64,000 nucleotides of DNA from Atractiella rhizophila. Its lineage: Eukaryota. Shown piece by piece: positions 13,649 through 26,868 of the stretch. The notes below the pieces were generated by a model. It made no database searches. It was not told where the DNA came from and worked only from the letters and a program-made list of their open reading frames with translations. Location of the stretch: assembly GCA_021432655.1 (NCBI GenBank), contig MU271237.1, forward strand, positions 15,132 to 79,131. The letters run 5' to 3'. Made by a program: the position numbers and the translations under genes. Positions within the stretch are counted from its first letter, which is position 1; each line of letters opens with the position of its first letter.

Positions 13649-14557
13649 TCATTTGGAAGCAGCAGCCTTTCCAGCGACATAGTATCCTAGTTGGGTCGTG
13701 AAGTACTTGCCCTGATACTCAGCAATCCCGAGTTCCTTCTTGGTTGGCTGCCGTGATCCATCGCCGCCAGCGATGGTTGCAGCACCACTATTGCGTCCCA
13801 CGTCAGCAAAGAAGGACCGAATGGTAAAGAAACGGAAACTCACTATGCACTCCCACCTATGATTTCTGACCCATCCAGGAGTGATTTCTCGGGGTCAGCA
13901 AAGCCGATGGGGATGTCTGTAGCAAGATTTCGGTTTGAGGATAAATGGAAAGGAAAGAAGCAGACGCACAGGTGATTGCGTGATGAGCGAGGAAAGGCAA
14001 GGTAGTCAAAGCGGTGGTTTCTTGACCGCCATGTTGCCCACCCTGTTCCGATGATCCATCAGTTGCAGTTTCCGAGAGACCACAGGGAACCTCACAGTAG
14101 AAGAAAAGATCCCAGCCCATTTGCCTACGAGGGCACCGGACATCCAAAGCATGCCCGTGGAATCGAAGAAGCTGCTCCATTGAGCAGGAGCGCGTCCATA
14201 ACGAGCTGGCGACGCGAGACAATGAGCTGTTAAATCTTGTCGTAGAGAGTTCAAACGTACTAGGGATGCCAAAAAGAAATCCATCGTAATCCTTGAGAAC
14301 ACTTGGATCGGTGAGGATAGGGTAATCTGACTTCGGAGGAGCGTGCATCATCTCAAGGACATTTTGGGGGAGGGCTAACAAAGCAGTGTAAATAGGTTTC
14401 AGACAAGGGCTCAATGAGTGGAAAGCCCACTTTCAGGGAGCTGATAGATATCCACAGTGCCACCAGCAGCTTTTACTCCTTTGGCTACACTTTCCGAAAG
14501 TGTCTTGATATGCCCATATAGAGAGTAAAAAACGATGGCGATTTTGGGTGCGGCCAT
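13649..14557 (-). CDS. WrbA/Pst2/Ycp4-family NAD(P)H:quinone oxidoreductase (apparently intact copy B)
   Basis: [59 protein letters not shown]. Multiple short introns. Confidence 0.9.
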
Positions 14558-16066
14558 TTCTATAAATCTGTAGTCGAGATGAGAGGTTAGGTTGACAGGA
14601 TCGAGTTCGTCGGTTCTTGACTGAGGGGTGGTTGTCACTCAAGTCTCTTTTTATATGTTTTAGCCCATTTTGAAGGTGATTACCGTGCTTACATCTGCGC
14701 GGGCTTCCACCTGTAATCAGCTCGCGATTGGCAGCAACTTTCTTTCCCTTTCGCCCATCCGAGTTGACTGGAACTCCATGGAAGACCACCGCAAGGGTCT
14801 GTGAGCAGGTGTACAATAGCGGTTGTCAGGCAGCTTCAAGAGGAATGCATTCCTCAGCTTGATCAGCTCTCATGGGCAATGACCGGCCTTCATAATCACG
14901 GAGCCGGGATCTCATCCTCAAGCAAGCTCCTTCGCACAATCTTTCCTTCCCTCCGAAGCGGCGGGGCTCAGGATAATAGGCATGGACAAACGTAAGGAGA
15001 TGTGTCCCTCGCCTGCATCGGCATCCGAGAACTCCTAACGCCACTGAGATTGTCTTCGTGAAGATCACTATAAGCCAAAGTATTCGATGCTTCTCGAATC
15101 ATCTTCACTCCAAGGGCATGCGGGCCACCTGTGCTAATGGAAAAATGGCGAAACGGACGGAAGGAAGTCGATTATTAAGCTCGGCTGCCTTCCGTCTACA
15201 AAGCGTATGAGCTGAGCTTAAAGTTAAGGCCGGTTCTCCTTTAACGAACACAAGAGTAGTTCGCGGTTCCTCTTCAATGTTATCTTCTTGCTGAACAGAA
15301 AATGTGCTGGCGTCAGTCACTTGTTCCCTTTTTTTCAATGTGAATCTCCCGTATAGCCCTGGGGTTCTACGACCTGTGAAACACCAGATAAAATGCCGTG
15401 CAGAAGGATGCGAAACATGGTGTCTCTCGTCGACAGTAAGAAATGTCAGCGTTTAAACCGAGACCCTGTTGACAGAAATTTGGTCGCGATCAAAGGATCT
15501 AACGGCGCATGATGATCAAAATTAGAACATTATCAATTCAGGTCCGCCTCTCGCCTCCATAATTGCCCAGGCATCTTCTGCTCATTTCAAATTTTCACTT
15601 CTAAGTAGTCAGTGGGGATTGACGCAAATAACCAACCTTCCATCCCGTGGTCCTCAGGGGACCGCAACAGGGGCAAGGAAACGTTATCATTATTCGGGCA
15701 TTCAGACAGGGGGATGAACGCGGAGTTTGAGAGAGCTGCACAGATTCTCGTCCTTGACAATTTTTGGATTCACATTTGAAAAGGAACTACTCATGATTGG
15801 AGAAACATAAAACATACGCCTGCTGACGAAAAGAGAACGCGAAGTAACATTAAAGTGACAACAGGTATCACCGTTACGGTTGGGGCGGCATGTCTTCCCA
15901 AAATATCTTAGGACAACCTTTGTCAACCATCCTTGAAGCCCCTTTCATGGGATATGGATGGGATATACCAGCAGGACAAGCTTGAAGTTCCTCTGACTGG
16001 GAGCGTTGGGGCCTAAGGGGCGTGAATCGATGTTAAGCCCCTGGAGTAGTCCAAAAATTTACAACC

Positions 16067-17543
16067 ATGGACTCAGCTGCCCCCAGTTCGCTCGCCTCCT
16101 CCTCCTCAGAGTCCAAGCCTCCTTCCTCAGGCTTTCTCTCCAGCTTCTCACCTCTCTTCTCGCCCTTCGCAGCCGTCTACCGGGTACTTTTCCGCTTCTA
16201 TTACTTTGGCCATTGACGTGGTTGCTGACGAGTTGCTTTGGTCGAATGGTCAGCGGTTCGATAATTGGAGGGATGGAATGGAATTGTCTAGTCCAGGGAC
16301 GGCTGAGTCGTTTGGGAGGGAAGTTCGGAGTGCGTTGTCTTCTTTCTTCACGCAGAGTTGGTGTTGAATGGTGACTACGAAGACACCTTGCTCATGGATC
16401 ACTTTTACGACGGAGCACGAGTCGACATCGCCAAATCTCTCTCCTTAAGCCCACTCTTTCAGCTCAGCCATACCCTCACACTCGGAGGTATGCAAATGGG
16501 CCCCATGGGTCCACAACAGAACCCGGGAAACTATAGGTTTTCCCCAACCTTTGTCCAGGACGACGTCTGTCCTCCCTCTTTCTTTTGCAACCATGGTTGA
16601 CACGGCGAACAGCTGATGCTCCAAGGAGCGGTGGAAGGAGATGGCACCCTGCAAGGCGTGTGGGCTTCGAGCCTGATGCCAAAGATGCCGTTCAAGGTCG
16701 CTGTACAGGTTCGTCATTCTTTTATGGTGTTCTTCTCCCTCCTCACTAAGTATGTTCTAGTTGGCATCTGGTGCGATGGCCCAGTCCCGAATCTCGATAG
16801 AGCAAGAACGTCTAGGAAAAGACTATACCCTCAACCTGAAAATGATCAACCCTTCGCCTATGCAACAGACTGGGTTCTTCCAGCTAACTTATTTACAATC
16901 CCTTTCTAAGCGTCTCACTATTGGTACCGAATTAATACACCAACGACCCGCACCTGGTTCGTCCCTGCCTTCCTTCCCTAACCTAAGTTAGAAAGAGCCC
17001 GCTGACGTTGCGAAACAGGCATCGAGGATTCCGGAACCGGTTACCTCCTCCGTTACTCTTCTTCCCCACTTTCCCCCTTTCCGTGGTATACCACATTGAG
17101 CATGAAATCGACCGGTACCGTCGAAGCGGCCTACTACCACCGTCTGGCGCCATCCGTCGAAATGGCATCCGAGCTCAACTTGCAAATCGACCCTCGCCCG
17201 CGCAACCGAGAGGCTCTCGCTCGCGTCGGCGCGAGGTATGAATTTAGGGCGAGCCAAGCCAGAGTGATGGTCGATAGCGCGGGAAAGGTCGCGGCTATTC
17301 TGGAACAGAAGATCAGCCCCACGTTGGGATTCACCGTCTGTGGAGAGATCGATCAGGTCAAGCATAGCAGTAGGTGGGGAGTTGGGTTGACTATCGAGAG
17401 CTCTACTTGTGCGTTTCATCTTCCTCTTTCTTCCTTTTTCTTTTGGATGGGAGGCGATATTGAGAGCTTGTGTGGTTGGGGGGATAGTCACTGAGGAAGA
17501 AATGCAGGCAAAGGCGATGGCGATGCAGGTTCAATCTTCATGA
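16067..17543 (+). CDS. TOM40: Mitochondrial import channel Tom40
   Basis: SPGTAESFGREV, FYDGARVDIAKSLSLSPLFQLSH, YEFRASQARVMVDSAGKVAAILEQKI, GEIDQVK. Confidence 0.9.
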
Positions 17544-17861
17544 GCACTCCTTCACCTCGACAACAACGCGAAAAAGTTCTTGATAAATAGAACATGCTCA
17601 GATCGAATGTCAGTGACCAATCGCACCTTTCACCCCATAATTAGTCTATTAGATATTCCTAGTGTGTTGCTTGCTTGCTTGTGCATACATTTCTTCAGGT
17701 CATAAAGCATCTGCCTATGCATTAAGTGCACATCCTTATCGTAATTCCAAAGGGACATTGTCTTGATGGATGGATTAGAGAACATTGCAAGACTTCAAGC
17801 TGGGTCAAAATACAGTGAGGCACGAATTACAGTCAACAAAGGAGTCTACTAAACGTCAACG

Positions 17862-20535
17862 TCAATAAATAGCCTTCATCTCGTGAACGTAAATGGTCTC
17901 TGTCGAAGCCCCTTCCCATCCTCGATTTCCCGCAGCCGTGATGAAGTACCGACAAGTTGGATCGATATCTACAGTCTCACGAGTCAACATTCGTTTCTAG
18001 ACTAGTAAGACAGACTCACGCATCTGAGAAATGAAAGCAGTATGATGACCAGAAATGATCTTGAAAGGCGTCTTTCCCTTCTTCGTAAACTCATCAACTG
18101 TCCTCAAATTCCATAACCGAACCGTATCAAAGCTCGCCGAAAGAAGGTGACTTCCATCCGGCGTGACCTTGACGCAACTCACGATCCCACTAGAAGCGGG
18201 CAACTTGAGTTCGTGGATGAGACCATTCCGATTCTTCGCCTTCTCCCACCGCCTCCCAGTCATACGAACGTCGAAGATCTCAATCAGCGAGTTCCGACGT
18301 CCTATGACGATCTCGTTCCCGTCGACTCCCCACGTTGCTGACGCACACCAAGGCGTGGAGACGTGAAGCCGTCGTACGCCTCCTTCAGAAGAGGAGGGGA
18401 CGCGTCGATCGTGGATTAGGACGCTGCCGTCGATGGAGGAGGAGAGGAGGACATCGTTTGAGAGCGGCGGGAGTGAATTATGGCCTCCTACGACGGGGAT
18501 GCGGGAAGTAGACTCGTCGGCCGGCGGAAGGCGGGCAGGAGGTTGTGGAGGAGGCGGATAGTTGGTCCCGTGAAGGTTGAGAGGCGACCCTAGGAGAGTT
18601 TTGGACTGAGATTGAGATGGAGTTGACTGTTGCGGTGTTATTGGTCGTTGACCGTTGAGTGGGAGCGCAAGCATGTTGGAAGGGGTCTGTGAGGATGGTG
18701 GGAACGGATGCTGTGGAGGTGGAGGATTGGAACCTGGAAGATGGAGAAAGGCAGGAATAGATGGATCCACACTATCTTCAAATGCTTTCGCTTCGATCTT
18801 CTTCCCAGCCACATCGTCATCGTCATCGAACAGTGGATCATAACTCGCGTTCGACTCCTCCTCCTCCTCCTTTATCTTCGGTAGCGCATCTTCCCTGTTT
18901 TGAGCGGGCGGGCGTCTCAGAGATGGCAGCCTTGCCATTACCTCCTCATCATCCTCATCCCTCTTACGCTTCCTATCATTGATGGCGAAAGTCTCCCCGT
19001 TTGCCCACTCTTCTGGATCATCCCCAATTTCCCAGCCCATTCCTCCGTTGCTGGTCGCCGCCATTGGCCTGAACTCTACAGCACTGATCTGTCCCTTATG
19101 TCCTCGATACTCGCGAACTGGGGCATACTCGTCTGCTACCTTCTCCAGATCCCAATCTAGCACTTGACCGTCCCACCCGCCGCTGACAAAGCCTTGTTCA
19201 GCTGTATGGAGCGTGAGAACGGAAATTGGGAGGGGCCGATGAGAGAGTGAGGGGGAAGGAAGAGAAGGGCGGAAGACGTGCCGGGTTTGACCTTCATCGT
19301 GTCGGATTGTGAACAGATTTATGTTACCCTTCTGTATTCATGTCACTCCTCAATCAAACCATTTTGGAAATACAAACCTGTGTTCCACTCAGACCCCAGA
19401 GCTCTTCATTTTGAATCGCAAGACTGTACACAGGCGAAGGATCCATGACTGAATATGCAAAAGCCTTTGGACCCCACGGTATCTCATACTTCGCGGCGAG
19501 AGCAGCAATCTTCTCCTCTTTTGTCGATCCAGGCTCCTCCCCAACGTTAGATGTGGACGCGTCGGTCCCAGTCCCTGTGTATTGATTAGACCCAGTGATT
19601 GATCCATTCGTATGAGGATTGCCGGGGGATGACGGCAGATTGGAGTTTTGAGTGGTGGGAGAGAGAAACTGAGGACTACTTCCAGACCCAACCGAAGTGT
19701 GAGGGGATCCCTGCTCAAGCTCCCGAAGCTGAAATTCATACTCTTCTTTTTTCCGTCCATTGGCCGGAAAAGGGGTCTCATCATAACTCCACTCTTCGTT
19801 CTCCCAATACCCAACGAGTACGCACATCGGTGCTGGCGGTTGGAATATTCCTTTATTTGGAGGAAAAGGCAATCCACCAGGTATTATTGGAACCGTGGCT
19901 TCGGTGTGGACACCTCCCTGTTTCATCGTAAGATTTCGATCGTTTTCGCCTCCCAGTCCATTCAGTGAATCGAAAAAGTCGTATCGCCTGATGAAGCCGT
20001 CCGAGCCTCCTGAGAAGATATGCGAGCTGCACTTCGGAACAGAGAGTGCATGAATGGGGGTGCCATGAGGGATGGTCAAGATCTGCTCGATGTTGTAGGA
20101 TTTTGGTGGAAGTAATGATTGACGCGAGGAGACGAGAGACGATAGGCGATTCGAGACTTCTGTTCTGTAGATATCAGCAGAAGGAGAATGTGCCACGACT
20201 GGAGTTGGGGAAGGAATAGAGCGTATGCGCGTTGGAGGAGCGAAGAATACAGGCGTCTTCCGAGGGGAATCTTCGTCCTCATCCATGTAGCTGTCGTCAT
20301 CCATGGATTCTCTTCCTACTGAAGCGACAGAAGCCACTGTCTCGTTCTCCAGTCCTTCATCTTCTTCTTCACCTTCACCGTCTTCCTCTGACCCGCCTGA
20401 AGCGTAGTCCTCCTCTGGTGGTGACGAAGGAGGCACGGACGACAGCTCATCTTCTTGCTCTGGAGGCACTGAGCCGACGTAAGGAGAAGAGGCGGCGCTC
20501 GAGGGCGAGGAAGGAATGTCGTTGTCGGAGAGCAT
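17862..20535 (-). CDS. SPT8: SAGA subunit Spt8 (WD40)
   Basis: Acidic N-terminus; GGSDGFIRRYDF, GYWENEE, SPVYSLA...LWGLSG, SYDPLFDD, SASFDTVRLWN; C-terminal AAGNRGWEG. Confidence 0.9.
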
Positions 20536-21239
20536 GCTGAATGGTAAATTGTGGTCAATGAACGTAGGCAAAAACGTGGTTGGACGCAAAGCGACCTGCG
20601 AGCCCAAACAACGGCGGTAAAATATAGGAATCATTCGCATATATATAGCGCAAGGTCGTTATCATTGCCTGGGTAGATCGGACAGTTACACCAATATTTA
20701 GGATGAAAAGCAAGTCCCAGCAGCAAACCCATTCCATCATTTGTGGAACAGCGACTTACGCGATATATATATTTATGCACTTCCCGCTGGCGCCAAATGT
20801 GTCAACAGTTACTGGACCTTGCCTCCAATCTCCTCCTCAGCTCTTCACTCGCTTGTTTAGTGAAGTTCTACTCGTGCCTGTTTGTCCAACCAAAGGTCAT
20901 AAAATGCTCAAATTTCAAATGTTTGCCTTGTTCAAATCTCGATCTCAATATGCACCAGCAATAGTCTTATGTCCATATTTTCACCTCTCCTTGCCATTCC
21001 TTGCAATCAAGCGCTGCAATTGACGTTCTGATAACAAGACTCACACGAGCTGTGGTGCGTCCCTTTTCGTTTCAATCCATGAGATTGGGGTGGTAGTGTT
21101 AGAATCTAATGCAGCTAATGCAGAGTACGGCTCTTCCTTGTCGTACTTATTTATTCTACCTGTAACATATTGGTGCTTCACTGAATAGCAACTATGGTAT
21201 CGTTTTCTCGTCAACAATACTGATCCGTTTGGGGTAGTC

Positions 21240-22775
21240 ATGAGTGATATTGTTTCTCATCCTCTTTGTCGATTATACCTCCTCGACTTACCGGTTGAGA
21301 CTTTACGTGCCATCTTATTGCGAGTCGTTACTCACCCACGCGTCCGTACCAAAGAATTCTGCTCTCTGAAGACAGTATGCAAGCTGTTCGCTTCGATTCT
21401 AAAAGATCTCGTTATCTATCGTCCATTATGGATGGGAACAGCAGTCAAATTGTCACAGGTCTGTCGAGAGAAGCTGAAGAAGTGCCGGTATTTGGTCTGC
21501 GAGCAGAGAAGATATTTCGTGGAGTGTATGAATCTGCTCCATCAGATGGATTTGTGCCAAGTACTCGAGATTCCTGCAGATCGACAATATTCCCAATACC
21601 TCGATCCGATTGACTTTTCCAGGCTTTCACACCTGCCTTCTCTTCGTTCCCCGTTGATAGTCGTTGATATCTCAATGAAATTGGAACCAGTCGCCGTCGA
21701 TTGGCTGTTCGGACTTCTGGCGACTTTGTTGACGTTAAAACACCTCTACCTCCACACCGATACCTTGCTTTCTGAAACTCCCACACTTCAAGGCAATCTA
21801 ACTTCTCTTTCTCTCCGCCAAATTCGTTGCGGCTCGTGGTTTCCGGTACTGCAATCAAGCTTCAAAACTTTGGTAGACCTGTCTATCCTAGAATCCAGTT
21901 TCACTTCACTTGACGATCTGCGCGCCATCCTTGAAGGATGTTCAATCATTGAACGATTCTACTTTCAATTCATCCAGTTCAGATCTCTTCCCGCTTTTCC
22001 AATGGCGAAGTGGATCCACCTCGATTTTTATAAACGCCATTCTCCAGGGGCTCGCGTATCCCTCGAACTTGTCGCGCCGAAACTGCTATCCTCGCAACAA
22101 CTCAGAGTGCTTGCGCTCACAAGCTTCGAGGTTGGAGGGAATCTCCCTCATTTGGCGACTCTTCCCCTTCAACAGTTTCAGCTTTTTGGTCATAACATTT
22201 TTGATATCGACTCTCTTCTGGCGTCGTACGCTACACCTAACAGTCTCCAGATGTTATCTGCTGTCGATACCGTACTTCAGGATCAGCTACCCGCACAATT
22301 ACCCGCAAAGGGAAGGACCCTTGCTCGCCTTTCCTACGCCATCTCTTGTTGTACTTCATCCCTGGTCATTCTTGAAATAGCCCACTGGTACATCGACGTC
22401 GCACTTCTAGGAATACTCTCCAATTGTCCAAGTCTATCATATCTTCACGCTTTTGACTTTGATGCGAATGTTTCCACATGGATTCTCGAGAACAAACTTG
22501 CTCTGTCGTTACAATTCCTGGTTGTTCCGTACGGGACTCCTGGTCTGTTGTCCTCTTTGATCGTCAACGGAGTTCTGCCAAAGTTAAAAGGCTTGGAGTG
22601 TCTTCCCTCTGACAGAATGAGCGATGCTGCCTGGAGGGAGCTCGCCCAGCTACATGAATTTGAGATTGGAACCACACAAAGTAGTCGCGAACGAATTGTT
22701 CGTTGGAAGTCACAGGTCTTCACACCGCTTGTGGAGCCACCTTTCCGGGTTTTTGGTGCTGTACAAAGGCGATAA
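21240..22775 (+). CDS. Intronless F-box-like / leucine-rich-repeat protein (511 aa)
   Basis: N-terminal LLDLPVETLRAIL F-box-like motif followed by LxxLxL repeats. Confidence 0.65.
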   Translation: MSDIVSHPLCRLYLLDLPVETLRAILLRVVTHPRVRTKEFCSLKTVCKLFASILKDLVIYRPLWMGTAVKLSQVCREKLKKCRYLVCEQRRYFVECMNLLHQMDLCQVLEIPADRQYSQYLDPIDFSRLSHLPSLRSPLIVVDISMKLEPVAVDWLFGLLATLLTLKHLYLHTDTLLSETPTLQGNLTSLSLRQIRCGSWFPVLQSSFKTLVDLSILESSFTSLDDLRAILEGCSIIERFYFQFIQFRSLPAFPMAKWIHLDFYKRHSPGARVSLELVAPKLLSSQQLRVLALTSFEVGGNLPHLATLPLQQFQLFGHNIFDIDSLLASYATPNSLQMLSAVDTVLQDQLPAQLPAKGRTLARLSYAISCCTSSLVILEIAHWYIDVALLGILSNCPSLSYLHAFDFDANVSTWILENKLALSLQFLVVPYGTPGLLSSLIVNGVLPKLKGLECLPSDRMSDAAWRELAQLHEFEIGTTQSSRERIVRWKSQVFTPLVEPPFRVFGAVQRR

Positions 22776-23241
22776 ATAAAATAAACCACAATGTTATGCA
22801 GTGATTTGTAATGTCATTCCACTTCGTGGTTTGCGCTCGACCTCCCCGGCTGCGCTGGTAGTTACAGGATTTCAAGCTGACTACAAACGTTTTCTAAAGG
22901 TTGACGCATGACTTTTTCTCCAACCACTCCTTTTTTTGGGAAGCATCGCTACGGTCGACCCTACCCCTATTGTAGTCTTTTGTCCATATTTTCGCCTCTC
23001 CTCGCCGTTCCTTGCAATCAAAGCTCCGCAATTGACGTTTTGATAACAAGACGTACACGAGCTGTGGTGCGTCCCTTTTCGTTTCAGTCAACGAGATTAG
23101 GGTGTTAGGTAAGCATTTAATGCAACTAATGCAGAGTACAACTCTTCCTTGTCGTACTTATTTATTCTACCTGTAATATATTAGTGCTTCACTGCATAGC
23201 AACTATCCTGGTCAACATTACTGATCCGTTTGGGGGTAGTC

Positions 23242-24771
23242 ATGAGTGATATTGTTTCTCAACGTCTTTGTCGACTATACCTCCTCAACTTACCGGTTGA
23301 GATTTTACGAGCCATCTTATTGCGAGTCGTTACTCATCCACGTGTCCGTACCAAGGAATTCTGCTCTCTGAAGACAGTATGCAAGCTGTTCGCTTCGATT
23401 CTAAAAGATCTCGTTATCTATCGTCCATTATGGATGGGAACAGCAGTCAAATTGTCCACAGGTCTGTCGAGAGAAGCTGAAGAAGTGCCGCTATTTGGTC
23501 TGCGAGGAGAGAAGTTATTTCGTGGAGTGTATGAATCTGCTTCATCAGATGGATTTCTGTCAAGTACTCGAGATTCCTGCAGATCGTCAATATTCCCAAT
23601 ACCTTGATCCGATTGACTTTTCCAGGCTTTCATACTTGCCTTCTCTTCGTTCCCCGTTGATAGTCGTTGATATCTCAATGAAATTGGAACCAGTCGCCAT
23701 CGATTGGCTGTTCGGACTTCTGGCGACTTTGTTGACGTTAAAACACCTCTACCTCCACACCGATACCTTGCTTTCTGAAACTCCTACGCTTCAAGGCAAT
23801 CTAACTTCTCTTTCCCTCCGCAAATTTCGTTGTGGCTCGTGGTTTCCGGTACTGCAATCAAGCTTCAAAACTTTGGTAGATCTTTCTATCGTAGAACTAC
23901 AATTTCGAATCACATGACGATCTGCGCGCTGTCCTCGAAGGATGCTCAATCATTGAACGATTCTACTTTCACTTCATCGATTTCAGATCTCTTCCTGCTT
24001 TTCCAATGGCGAAGTGGATCCACCTCGATTTTTCTTATAAACGCCTTTTCTCAAGGAGCTCGCCTCTCCCTTGAACGTGTCGCGCCGAAACTGCTATCCT
24101 CGCAACAACTCAGGGTTCTCCTGCTCACAAGTATCGGGGTGGGAGGGACTCTCCCTCATTTGACCACTCTTCCCCTTCAACAGTTTCAAATTTTTGGTCA
24201 CCAAAATTTTGATATCGACTCTCTTCCGACATTGTACACTACACCTAACAGTCTCCAGATGCTATCTGCTGTCGATACCGTACTTCAGGATCAGCTACCC
24301 GCACAATTACCCGCAAAGGGAAGGACCCTTGCTCGCCTTTCCTACGCCATCTCTTGTTGTACTTCATCCTTGGTCGTCCTTGAAATACCCCACTGGTACA
24401 TCGACGTCGCACTTCTCGGAATACTCTCCAATTGTCCAAGTCTATCATATCTTCACGCTTTTGACTTTGATGCGAATGTTTCCACATGGATTCTCGAGAA
24501 CAAACTTGCTCTGTCGTTACAATTCCTCGTTGTCCCGTACGGGACTCCTGATCTGTTGTCCTCTTTGATCGTCAACGGAGTTTTGCCAATGTTAAAAGGC
24601 TTGGAGTGTGACAGAATGAGCGATGCTGCTTGGAGGGAGCTCGCTGAGTTACATGAATTTGAGATTGGAACCACACAAAGTCGCGAACGAATTGTTTGTT
24701 GGAAGTCACAGGTCTTCACACCGCTTGTGGAGCCACCTTGCCGGGTTTTTGGTGCTTCACAAAGGCGATAA
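23242..24771 (+). pseudogene. Frameshifted tandem duplicate of the 21240-22775 gene
   Basis: Highly similar DNA; split into three ORFs by indels (~23456, ~23890-23915 and further downstream). Confidence 0.8.
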
Positions 24772-26004
24772 ATCAAAATATACCACAATGTTATAAAGTG
24801 AATTGGTAATGTCGTTCCACTTTCGTGGTTTGCAGGGAAGTCTGCTCGCGAGTCTGCCTACTACCTACCACAACAAGAAGGGGAAGTTGAGTGTGGAAAG
24901 ATTTCTTGATATGCTGCCCTCACATGGTCCAATACTTAACAGCTCCCAGCAACGAGGTACATCAGTAGTGGAAACTAATAATAATAAGCAGTTTGTAAGC
25001 GCATTCGTCAAGGTCGTCGAACGGCGAAGGAAGACGTGAAGACGCTAAGGTGAAAGGGCGAGGTTTCTAAATGACTGTAGGAGGGACGACATCCGGTCAA
25101 CAATTTTGTATCGAGATGGCGTAATAACGCAAGGTGCAGGCCACTCTGGCCCATCACTGATCCGCTGCGAGAGTAGTCGACAAGTTGTTCCGGAACCTTT
25201 CCTACCGTTCAGTTTCGCGCGACATGTCTGAAAATCAAGTTCGTTACTTCTTAGAGGACGAACCGTCAACATAGAAGCTGGAGGCGAAGGTTGAATGGGT
25301 TGTTAATCACCGGGCTGCGGGAATGACGTTCCACAGTCTCGTGCGCAAGGTGTTATAAGACTCCCTTGAGGATGAGCAAGGAACGTGACGAGATCCGCAG
25401 GATGCGACAGTTCCCCTGGATGATTAGCCTCATGGCTATAGTAGCAGAACACACGGGTATGGGGTCAAGGAGAAGAAAGTGTGGACCGTACTGAGTCAAG
25501 TAAGCAACGTTTATAATCGTATAGATGAAAAAATATTTTCAGTAGTGTAACTTGTGAATGGGACACCGCCAATGGGTGATGGGGTTGTTTTCAATTTTAT
25601 CATGATTTAAGGGACAACCCCATCCTTCTGCAACTGTGGATGCATGCCAGCCCGTAGCGTCCCTTTTGCTCAAAAGTCGGTCAGTGGCAGCCGCAGTGTG
25701 TATATCAGGGTCCGGAATGCGAAAATGCATGAATCAACAGCCAGCCTCCGAGTCGTGGATGTCGCTGAAGGGTAGAAATCACCAGAAAGTCAAGACATTC
25801 AGCGCGCAAGTCCTGTAATATTTGTCTCGGATGGACAGATGACATGACTTGGAACTGGAAGTGGAAGTGGTGACAGAAAAATGGGCTGAATGGAAAAGAG
25901 TGAGGGCAAATTCATATTGCAGATGTATCGCTTCTGCAAAGACAGAGGAATGACTGCATTTTGGGGACATTCCATTCGGCATCTTCGGAGTGCAGATTTC
26001 CTGA

Positions 26005-26867
26005 ACAAAGGAGGCAGGAATCGAGAAGACGCAAACCGTAAGAAGGTACGACTTGCCTCGAACTCTGAATCATGACTTTGATACTTTCGGCATCCTTGGC
26101 AGGATGTGTTTTAAGGTGTCGATGCACTTGCCGATGTCCAAATTGCAAGATGAACGTAGGGCTCGCTTAACCGACTTCACGGATAAATCGTGCGGTCTCA
26201 GAGTAATATCATGACAGCGTATCTCGTCACATTACCGATTGGATATATTTTCCAAATATCTGCTTTCAGCCACTGATGCAGCTCTCGGAACTGAGACGTT
26301 CAAGGCAAAAATTCGGATATCAGAAGGAGAAGATGGCATGATATGTCTGCTCCTAAAAGACAAAGGATTCTTGTGAAGTCTAGCTGGAATCTGATCGCGC
26401 AAACATTCTTCGATTTAGAGGAAGAAGCCATGAAGCTTCCACACCAAAATTCGCTCCTCCACTGCATTATTGCCCACCGCGGGTTCCCGGACAGCCAATC
26501 ATACTCACTTTTCAAGAGGTTTCGTGCATCATCCTCCGTCTTATAGCTTTGTACACAAGGCGCTCCTTTAATATCACTCCTTCACTGCTTAAGCTCCATT
26601 GGCGCTTGGGTGAAGAACCCAAACCCTAACAAGATTGCAAGACGCACCACTTCATAAACTGGCTTCTGCATCGCATCAACCGTCTCCTCCTCGCTGTTCT
26701 CCCTCAACCAGCTCCATACCCACACGCAGATTACAACACTCTGGAATAGGCAGCAGAATTATTGGCTGGCGTATATATCTACGTTATTGCGCTATTCGGC
26801 GATTACTGGCGGTGCCATACACAAGTGAGATCGTTTGCATTAGAGCCGCTGGTCTTTCCTCCACTTT
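26005..26867 (+). repeat. 863-bp formin upstream segment, duplicated at 27755-28617
   Basis: Identical apart from one substitution seen (26258 A vs 28008 G). Confidence 0.95.
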
Positions 26868-26868
26868 A

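Noticed and set aside
14800..15950. Short ORFs between WrbA and TOM40
   Set aside because: No coherent gene model or recognisable motif.
24835..26000. Coding-like fragments after the F-box duplicate
   Set aside because: Could not build a consistent spliced frame.
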